Source: Patescibacteria group bacterium | GTDB taxonomy: Bacteria; Patescibacteriota; UBA1384; DATEAH01 | Direction: 5' to 3' | Length of the DNA stretch: 64,000 bases | Assembly: GCA_035288465.1 (NCBI GenBank) | Contig: DATEAH010000001.1 | Location: 4,739 to 68,738, forward strand | In this document: positions 57,364-64,000 of the stretch, piece after piece | How the letters are laid out: every line of letters begins with the position of its first letter | Numbering within the stretch: position 1 is the stretch's first letter | Made by a program: the position numbers and the translations under genes | Notes under the pieces: generated by a model | Told to the model about the DNA's origin: nothing | What the model saw: the letters and a program-made list of their open reading frames with translations, nothing else | Database searches by the model: none

Positions 57364-59553
57364 CTAAAGCATAAACTGATAAATATAATTATCAGCTAAA
57401 AGGTAAGCTTTTTTTGTAATTGGATTAATCGTTAAGTCTTTGACATCGCCAATATCTGAAGGGAGAACATATTGTCCAAGATAATTTCCGTCTTTGCTAT
57501 ATTCAATGATTCTTTTAACTTTATTGTCTAAAATATAAAGTGAATTTAAATTACTATTAGTGATAATAGTGACTGGTTGTTCAATTTGTGAGTTCGGATA
57601 AGAGGGGAGGCCGGATAACTTAAAATCAGAAATAATTTTTCCGGCGGTAAATTTTAAACAAATCCCTTTATTATCAATGACATAAATATCACCATCAATG
57701 GCGAGGGAAACTGAGTTTTTAATATCAATATTTTTACTAATAATTACTTCTTTGCCTCCAGACCAGCCAGAAGCAGTATGAGTATGCTTGTAAATTTGGT
57801 TAGAAGTTGGAGAAAGTAAATAAAGATTATTAAAGTAATTTGCAAGATGGACAGCTTGCTCCCAACTGCCAGAAATTAAATTTTGTTTTTCCAATTGATT
57901 GTTATTTAAATTTAAAGAGTAAAGATTTTGGGAGTTAGTGAGCCATAAAATTTCTTCGGTGAAAGTTGAAGCAATTTTAGCCTGGCCATCATCGGCGGGA
58001 ACCTGAAAAACATCTTGGGTGCTATAATCAACCTCGGAAATTTTATAAATTTTGTTATTTTGTTTATTGGCGGCAAATAAATTTTTATCCAACAAAGTAA
58101 TTTCCGAAACTTGCGGATTAGAATCTTGGGCGGCAAAATTAAAAACTGGTTCAGTTTTTGATAGCCGCTTAATATTATCAATTTGATCTAAAGCAGTCTG
58201 AATTTCATTATATAAAGATTTGGCTTTTTCTTTAGTTTTGGGATCTTGGAGGGCTGGTTCGAGCAGAGTGAGAGCTTCTTGGAATAATGTTCTCGCGGCA
58301 TCTTGATTATTGGTTGATAATTGTTCATTTCCGGCAGTTTTTTTAGCTTCGGCTTCGAGCATAATTTTCGTTAAGTTTGGTTTTGGTTTTGATAAATTTA
58401 CTCTAATAGCATTAACGCCCCATATTAATAAAATTACCAGTAAAATAATGATCGCGATTTTACGTTGTTTGGTGACAAGGTAAATAAATTGTCGGCCAAG
58501 AAATTTAAAAGTTTTACCAAGTGAGGAGATAAAATTTTTCAAAAAGGAGCCTTGTTTTGGTTTTTCAATAAAATTATCCCATTCTTTGGGTTGTCCACCC
58601 TTAATTCGATTAAGCGCTTTTTCGCGTCGGGTTTTGCGAATATTTGTAAATGATTTTTTGCCGGTTCGTCCGATACTAATAACTGCTTTACCGATAGAAA
58701 TAGTAACACGTCGGAAAACCGGACCAAGCTTTGTAATGGCTGATTTCCAGTTGCTGCTCAATTTATTTTTAGTGCCAGCCAAGACAGGTTTGGTTTTTTT
58801 GATGGCTTTTTCTAACCAAAAATCCTCTTTTTGATCAAGATAGATAGTTTGGGATAATTCCGGAGGGGGTTGAAAGGTGCTTTTATCAAAAGGCACCATT
58901 TCAATGGCGAGGGAGTTTACGTTAATAACCTTTTTGTTTTTAAGATATTGTCCAATTTCATGAATCGCCGAAATTGGGTCAAAATTTTGAATAAATGATT
59001 TAAGCTGGGTTTCAGACATGTGTCGGAAGATTTCAAAATTAGTAAAAAAGAGTTTGTCTTCCTGCCTGAGATCGCCGGTAATAATATTTTCAAAGGTTTG
59101 ATTGGCAGAATGATTATTTTCGGCACTTGAAATGATGCTTTGCCAAGATTGATTACGCAATAAAAAAGCTCGAGGAGTACCAGTCCAGGCAATGTGAACG
59201 TGTCGGTTATTCACTGCGGCGACAACGGCGTTTATATTATTAGTCCAACTGGTTTCACCTTTCTGGGCGGCCGCAGAGAGGGCTAAATTTGTTTTTTTGA
59301 GCGCTTCCTCAAAGCGAATTTCTGAAGTTTTGGCTGTTCCTGATTGGAAATAGTTTGAGACTACTGAATTTTGAATTAATTTACCAATTTCGGTGGCTGG
59401 ATGCCAAGGGGTAGTAATTTCGATTAAGAAGTACAAAGTCCCTAATTCTTTTTTATCTTCGTCTGGTTCAAAAACTTTGACAGTTAGGAACCTGTCGGCG
59501 AGTTTGGTTGAGGTCGCAATTTTACCAAATCTTAATTGTGGATTATTATTCAT
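57364..59553 (-). CDS. Large hypothetical membrane protein, 729 aa: N-terminal cytoplasmic domain, central TM helix, C-terminal repeat (beta-propeller-like) domain
   Basis: TM segment IIILLVILLIWGVNAI mid-protein. C-terminal repeats such as DGDIYVIDNKG / SLYILDNKVKRIIEY. The N-terminal domain weakly resembles a degenerate PP2C/SpoIIE fold. Confidence 0.5.
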   Translation of the reverse strand: MNNNPQLRFGKIATSTKLADRFLTVKVFEPDEDKKELGTLYFLIEITTPWHPATEIGKLIQNSVVSNYFQSGTAKTSEIRFEEALKKTNLALSAAAQKGETSWTNNINAVVAAVNNRHVHIAWTGTPRAFLLRNQSWQSIISSAENNHSANQTFENIITGDLRQEDKLFFTNFEIFRHMSETQLKSFIQNFDPISAIHEIGQYLKNKKVINVNSLAIEMVPFDKSTFQPPPELSQTIYLDQKEDFWLEKAIKKTKPVLAGTKNKLSSNWKSAITKLGPVFRRVTISIGKAVISIGRTGKKSFTNIRKTRREKALNRIKGGQPKEWDNFIEKPKQGSFLKNFISSLGKTFKFLGRQFIYLVTKQRKIAIIILLVILLIWGVNAIRVNLSKPKPNLTKIMLEAEAKKTAGNEQLSTNNQDAARTLFQEALTLLEPALQDPKTKEKAKSLYNEIQTALDQIDNIKRLSKTEPVFNFAAQDSNPQVSEITLLDKNLFAANKQNNKIYKISEVDYSTQDVFQVPADDGQAKIASTFTEEILWLTNSQNLYSLNLNNNQLEKQNLISGSWEQAVHLANYFNNLYLLSPTSNQIYKHTHTASGWSGGKEVIISKNIDIKNSVSLAIDGDIYVIDNKGICLKFTAGKIISDFKLSGLPSYPNSQIEQPVTIITNSNLNSLYILDNKVKRIIEYSKDGNYLGQYVLPSDIGDVKDLTINPITKKAYLLADNYIYQFML

Positions 59554-59796
59554 ATAAAAAATTTACCCCCAGCTCTCTAAATTTAATTATAACAGCAGGA
59601 TTTGAAATGGCAAATAAATGGCATAAAATAGAATTAAAATCGTGGATTTGTTATAATTAAATTGCCCTGTTGTATCTGTCAAATTGGCCTACAATTTTTA
59701 CATTGGGAGTTTGTAGATTTTTAGGCCTTGGTCTAAAAATAAGAACACCCACTTGGTTTTTCAGTCCAATTTTGATTATGGTGCAATAGGGTTTTA

Positions 59797-59871
59797 CGGG
59801 GTGTCGTATAACGGCTATTATGCAGGGCTGGGGGTCCTGTGACCCGGGTTCGACTCCCGGCACCCCGACCA
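59797..59871 (+). tRNA. tRNA-Pro (anticodon GGG), CCA encoded
   Basis: Acceptor CGGGGTG/CACCCCG. Anticodon stem CAGGG/TCCTG with loop CTGGGGG (anticodon GGG, G37). T-arm CCGGGTTCGACTCCCGG. Discriminator A then CCA. Confidence 0.8.
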
Positions 59872-59880
59872 ATCTAAACA

Positions 59881-60000
59881 TTGCGAATTTTCAAGGGAAA
59901 GAACTTGCTCGCCGAGTTTCGGCGGGCGGAAACGCGGAGCGGAGCTAATCGAGCATTTTTCGTTCAAAATAGGCTCGAGCTTCGTTCAGTAATTGCGACC
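59881..60000. repeat. GC-rich intergenic element immediately 3' of tRNA-Pro
   Basis: cgccgagtttcggcg hairpin, gcggagcggagc, and gctcgagcttcgttcag. Shares GCTCG-TTCAG and GCGGAGCG words with the 17086-17270 element. Confidence 0.35.
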
Positions 60001-60028
60001 AGATTAAATATAAAATGAGGAGGAAATT

Positions 60029-60424
60029 ATGAAAGGATTTTATGGAAACATCGAAAAGAATACCTTGGGAAATAATAATTTTCGTAAAGTGCTTTATACC
60101 GGCAAGCATAGCCAATTAGTTTTAATGAGCCTAAAACCGGCTGAAGAAATTGGTATGGAGGTTCATCCTAATAATGACCAATTTTTCCGTTTTGAAAAAG
60201 GACAAGGCAAATGCATTATAGATGGAAATAAATATGAGCTATCTGAGGGGGTGGCGATTGTGGTGCCAGCAGGGGCTGAACATAATGTGATTAATACATC
60301 CGCGGGCGATTCCTTGCAGCTTTACACAATTTACTCACCGGCACATCATCAGGATGGGATCGTAAGGGCGACTAAAGAGGAGGCTGTCAATGGGCCGGAG
60401 TTTGACGGTAAAACGACTGAATAA
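60029..60424 (+). CDS. Cupin-domain protein
   Basis: Cupin motifs ...MEVHPNNDQFF... and VVPAGAEHNVINT. Confidence 0.65.
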   Translation: MKGFYGNIEKNTLGNNNFRKVLYTGKHSQLVLMSLKPAEEIGMEVHPNNDQFFRFEKGQGKCIIDGNKYELSEGVAIVVPAGAEHNVINTSAGDSLQLYTIYSPAHHQDGIVRATKEEAVNGPEFDGKTTE

Positions 60425-60440
60425 AAAGTATAATTTTGAA

Positions 60441-60476
60441 AAATCGCGCTAAGAACGGCTGGCGCGATTTTATTTT
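60441..60476 (+). terminator. Rho-independent terminator (possibly bidirectional)
   Basis: aatcgcgc ... gcgcgatt stem plus T-run. Lies between convergent genes. Confidence 0.5.
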
Positions 60477-60491
60477 AAAATATAAATTTAT

Positions 60492-61142
60492 TTAAATTGG
60501 GGAGGCAGGAAATACTCGCACTAAATATAAGAGCCAATTAACGATATAGGTGAGGATGAGGATAAAAAAGTTAAAATTTAAAAAGATTGAAAGAAATAAA
60601 ACTAAAAACAATAAAGGCATGCCGATTTGTTCAAGTTTTGCCATTGTTTTTTCATTTACAAAAAGATATAAAATTTTCGAACCATCTAAAGGCGGAATTG
60701 GTAAAATATTAAAAGCGGCTAAAATTAAATTTAAATTAACAATATAATCAAATAAAATATAAAACCAGGTATTTTCAAGACCAAAATTGAAATAAATATT
60801 AAGTCGGTATGGAATTGAAAAAATAAAAGCGACCATTATATTAGCAATGGCACCCGAATAAGAAGTGAGAATAATGCCTTTCTTTTCGTGGGCAAAATTT
60901 TTAGGATTAAAAATCACCGGTTTCCCCCAACCAAAACCGGCTAAAAACAAAAATACCGTTCCCAAAGGATCGAGATGGGCTAAAGGGTTTAAACTCACGC
61001 GCCCCATTTTTTTAGGAGTTGGATCACCAAGTTTATAAGCGGTCCAAGCATGACAAAATTCGTGGATTGTAATCCCGATAATTAAAGCGACAATAAAGTA
61101 AATAAACTTGACAGGAGACGAAATTAGTTCTAAAATAAACAT
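60492..61142 (-). CDS. Site-2 protease family zinc metalloprotease (peptidase M50B)
   Basis: HEFCHAW (HExxH) within a TM helix. LNPLAHLDPLG (NPxxxLDG-like) as the second metal-ligand motif. Polytopic membrane protein. Confidence 0.7.
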   Translation of the reverse strand: MFILELISSPVKFIYFIVALIIGITIHEFCHAWTAYKLGDPTPKKMGRVSLNPLAHLDPLGTVFLFLAGFGWGKPVIFNPKNFAHEKKGIILTSYSGAIANIMVAFIFSIPYRLNIYFNFGLENTWFYILFDYIVNLNLILAAFNILPIPPLDGSKILYLFVNEKTMAKLEQIGMPLLFLVLFLSIFLNFNFFILILTYIVNWLLYLVRVFPASPI

Positions 61143-61193
61143 GTTGTATCCTAATTATTAACTTTGCATTTCAATTTATTTTTAAGGATTCTG

Positions 61194-61370
61194 ATGGCTA
61201 AATGTCAGGTTTGCGATAAAGGTTTAAGAAAAGGCAATAATGTTTCCCATTCCCATCGTAAGACACGCCGAAATTTTAGCCCAAACATTTTTCGCAAAAC
61301 CATAAAAGTTGACGGGAAAACTGTCAAAATTACAATTTGTTCGAGATGCTATAAAAAACAAATTCTCTAA
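61194..61370 (+). CDS. rpmB: 50S ribosomal protein L28
   Basis: MAKCQVCDKGLRKGNNVSHSHRKTRRNFSPN matches the bL28 N-terminal consensus. ATG at 61194 with RBS aagga. Confidence 0.8.
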   Translation: MAKCQVCDKGLRKGNNVSHSHRKTRRNFSPNIFRKTIKVDGKTVKITICSRCYKKQIL

Positions 61371-61645
61371 AGAGATTCTTTTTTAATTTTATCAAAACAT
61401 TCCTGGCAATAAACCGGGATGTTTTTTTTGATATCCAAAAGAACTTTAGCAGTTTTGCCGCATTGATCGCATTTAATTTCGACCATTTCTTTGTTAATTT
61501 CTTCTCTTTTTTTCTTTCGACATTCAGGGCAACGGGCTGGTTCATGAACAAAACCTTTGCGGGCAAAAAAATCTTGTTCAGAAACAGAAAATACAAAAGT
61601 ATTTTCGCATTCTTTGCAGGTTAATTTTTTATCTTCAAAAGGCAT
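61367..61645 (-). CDS. Zinc-ribbon protein (four CxxC pairs), function unknown
   Basis: CKECENT, CPECRKK, CDQCGKT, CQECFDK. Convergent with rpmB. Confidence 0.5.
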   Translation of the reverse strand: MPFEDKKLTCKECENTFVFSVSEQDFFARKGFVHEPARCPECRKKKREEINKEMVEIKCDQCGKTAKVLLDIKKNIPVYCQECFDKIKKESL

Positions 61646-61778
61646 AGTAGTAAAATCCTTTTTAATTTAGATGACCAAATTCATCTTAATTATAACAAAT
61701 AATTAGTTTAATTGCCAAGTTATTGAGATTTTTTGAGATTTTAAATTTTTCATTTATATGATAATATAGGAATGAGGC

Positions 61779-62708
61779 ATGATGAATAAAGATTCGAAGA
61801 TGAGTAAAAATATAATGCCGGCTTCAGATTGGTTGAAAAATCTGAAAACTAATTTTTCTCATGCCTATCTAATTTTGGGTCCGGCAAAAATCGGGAAAAT
61901 GATTTTTGCTGAAAAAATTGCCCATTTTTTATTATCCGAAAATCTTGGGTTAAATTCTCCTGATTTATCAATTATTGAACCTATAGGTGATAAAAATCCG
62001 ACAATTTCAATTGAGGAAGTTCAAAAACTTCGTCAGGCTTCACAATTAACTTCAGCTCAAGGTGGTAACAAGGTAATTATTATTCAAAATGCTCATTTAA
62101 TGACTTTACCGGCGCAAAACGCGATTTTAAAAACTTTAGAAGAACCGCCGGCCAAAACATTTTTAATATTAACTGCCATTTCGAAAAAATCAATTTTGCC
62201 AACAATAGTTTCGCGTTGTCAGAGGATTAGGCTTAATCTATTTTCAGAAACTGACATTAGAAATTTAATTGGAAATCGAGTCCCAAAACCGCAAGCTGAT
62301 TTAATTGTCCATTTTTCACAAGGCGCACCTGGAGTGGTAATGTCTTTTTTGGACAATACTAGCCAAATTGATCAATTTCAAGAAATTTTTCTTCAAATCG
62401 GGAAAGCAATTTTAACCTCAGATGTTTTTGTAAAATTTCAAATTGCGGATGAATTTTCAAAAATTAAGCCACAAGATAAAGCATTAAATATTTTTGAGAT
62501 TTTTTATCGAGAATTATTATTGGCAAAAATTAATCCTGACTATCAAATATTGAAATTTTTAGAGTCTGGTAAAATTGAAAGAATTCTAACAAAATATGAA
62601 ACCGTAAAAATCATAAAAATTTTACAACAGATTTTGGAAACTAAAATTGCTTTAACTCAAAATATTAATCCTCGTTTGGCTTTTGAAAACTTAGTTTTAG
62701 CATTATAA
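61779..62708 (+). CDS. holB: DNA polymerase III delta-prime subunit
   Basis: AYLILGPAKIGK (degenerate P-loop), LMTLPAQNAILKTLEEPP, and SRCQ sensor motif. Confidence 0.8.
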   Translation: MMNKDSKMSKNIMPASDWLKNLKTNFSHAYLILGPAKIGKMIFAEKIAHFLLSENLGLNSPDLSIIEPIGDKNPTISIEEVQKLRQASQLTSAQGGNKVIIIQNAHLMTLPAQNAILKTLEEPPAKTFLILTAISKKSILPTIVSRCQRIRLNLFSETDIRNLIGNRVPKPQADLIVHFSQGAPGVVMSFLDNTSQIDQFQEIFLQIGKAILTSDVFVKFQIADEFSKIKPQDKALNIFEIFYRELLLAKINPDYQILKFLESGKIERILTKYETVKIIKILQQILETKIALTQNINPRLAFENLVLAL

Positions 62709-62716
62709 GAATTATT

Positions 62717-63493
62717 ATGAAAAATATAAAAGTAAAATTATATAATCAATCTCAGATAATCAGTTGTACCGTACCCGAGGAAATTGATTTTCAGCTTGGA
62801 GATAAAATAATAGTTTTAGTGTCGGACCGATTGGAGTTTGGCGAGATTTTATGTCAAAAATCTTGCCATCAGGAAAATTTAGAAAATAAAATTGTGAGAA
62901 AAGCAACCCCGGAAGATTTAACCAAACTCGAAAAAATTGAAAAAGATAAAAATGAAGCCAACCAGATTTTTGAGCAAAAAGCCAAAGACAATAATTTGGA
63001 AATGAAATTGATTAAATCAGAGATTAGTTTTGACGAAAAGTATATTACTTTTTATTTTTCTGCCGAAACCAGATTAGATTTTCGGAGCTTGCTAAAGGAT
63101 TTAGTACGCGTTTTCCATAAAATGATTCGTTTGCAACAAGTCGGTCCACGCGATGAAGCTAAATTAATGTCTGGTTTTGGTCCATGTGGTCGAGAATTAT
63201 GTTGTCAAAAATTTTTAAACCGTTTAGAATCTGTGCCGTCTAATTTAGCCAAACTGCAGAGCTTATCACAGATTTCAAGTTCAAAAATTTCAGGAGCTTG
63301 TGGAAAGTTAATGTGTTGTTTATCCTATGAAGTTGGCACTTACCAAGAATTAATTAAGGAATTGCCCAAGGTTGGGGATAAAATTGAGACTAATCAAGGC
63401 GAAGGTCGGGTAGTTGAGTTGGATGTTATTAATCAAAAGGTCAAAGTTGAATTAGCTTCTGGAAAATTAATTAGACTTCCCATTAAAAAATAG
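62717..63493 (+). CDS. PSP1 C-terminal domain protein (RicT/YaaT-like)
   Basis: Conserved RLDFRSLLKDLVRVFHKMIRLQQVGPRDEAKLMSGFGPCGRELCC region. Typical position downstream of holB. Confidence 0.75.
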   Translation: MKNIKVKLYNQSQIISCTVPEEIDFQLGDKIIVLVSDRLEFGEILCQKSCHQENLENKIVRKATPEDLTKLEKIEKDKNEANQIFEQKAKDNNLEMKLIKSEISFDEKYITFYFSAETRLDFRSLLKDLVRVFHKMIRLQQVGPRDEAKLMSGFGPCGRELCCQKFLNRLESVPSNLAKLQSLSQISSSKISGACGKLMCCLSYEVGTYQELIKELPKVGDKIETNQGEGRVVELDVINQKVKVELASGKLIRLPIKK

Positions 63494-63501
63494 GCGGGTA
63501 G

Positions 63502-64000
63502 ATGATTGAGTTGATTTTAATAATTAGCTTGGCAATTATTTTTGTCATTCTATTGAGAAAATTGCCTGAAGTAAACATCGATGAGATGTCTGACTCGTCA
63601 TTCCCGGTAGCAGTTAAAAAAAACCAAGCCATAATGTCTCATGGTCACATTAAACAGCCAGCGCCACAAGATGAAAATGAAAAATTATGGCAAGTGGCAA
63701 ATTTGGAACTTGAAAATAAAAATTTTTCAAAAGCGGAGAAGCTTTTTATAAAATTTGCCACCTTACAACCCGATAATCCGGAAATTTATGGCAAATTAGG
63801 ATTGATTTATTTAGAACAAAAAAATTATCTTGATGCGAGGGAGTCTTATGTTGAAGCGATTAAATTTGAGCCAAAAAATGCACTTTGGTTACATAATTTG
63901 GGTTTAGCACTCTTTAATTTAAAACGATTTTCGGAAAGCATTGATTATTATAAAAAATCAGTTGCAATTGAGCCTAATAAAGCCTCGCGATTTTTTAATT
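63502..64000 (+). CDS. TPR-repeat protein with an N-terminal TM helix (3' end runs off the window)
   Basis: ATG at 63502. TPR-like repeats (AEKLFIKFATLQPDNPEIYGKLGLIYLEQKNYLDARESYVEAIKFEPKN...). Confidence 0.55.
   Translation, partial: MIELILIISLAIIFVILLRKLPEVNIDEMSDSSFPVAVKKNQAIMSHGHIKQPAPQDENEKLWQVANLELENKNFSKAEKLFIKFATLQPDNPEIYGKLGLIYLEQKNYLDARESYVEAIKFEPKNALWLHNLGLALFNLKRFSESIDYYKKSVAIEPNKASRFFN

Noticed and set aside
59797-59871. tRNA-Sec or a long-variable-arm tRNA
   Set aside because: A manual fold gives a standard 75-nt cloverleaf with a 7-bp acceptor, a 4-nt variable loop and anticodon GGG (Pro). It has no extended acceptor or variable arm.

Overview
AT-rich (~35% GC) bacterial window whose gene content and rRNA architecture look like a Candidate Phyla Radiation (Patescibacteria)-type genome, though the lineage is inferred only from gene content and primer-site composition. 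Main blocks, in order: (1) hypC fragment plus a minus-strand group 3b [NiFe]-hydrogenase operon (beta-gamma-delta-alpha). (2) A ~1.3 kb compositionally odd island with two unknown ORFs. (3) pgk, a GHMP kinase, tig, clpP. (4) A split rRNA locus: promoter, 16S, terminator, then ~8.3 kb of protein genes (including a membrane-anchored ClpC-like ATPase and a GIY-YIG nuclease) with tRNA-Ile and tRNA-Ala still in ancestral order, then a ~4.0 kb 23S carrying a group I intron with a LAGLIDADG homing endonuclease plus a second ORF-less group-I-like insertion, then 5S and a terminator. (5) A DNA-repair cluster: EndoQ-like nuclease, stand-alone LigD phosphoesterase domain, a Pro/Thr-rich ORF, stand-alone LigD polymerase/primase domain, Fpg, RecO. 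(6) alr, glyQS, GNAT, flavodoxin. (7) A reduced dcw cluster: mraZ with its operator, a structured non-coding element where mraW normally sits, ftsL-like, ftsI, murF, mraY, murD, ftsW, murG, murC, murB, ftsQ, then radA instead of ftsA/ftsZ. (8) PIN-TRAM protein, class A PBP with a long C-terminal Ig-like tail, tyrS, argS, a large membrane protein, tRNA-Pro, cupin, M50 protease, rpmB, holB, a PSP1/RicT-like protein, and a TPR protein. Dispersed GC-rich palindromic repeat elements sit in several intergenic regions, two of them immediately 3' of tRNA genes. No CRISPR array was seen.
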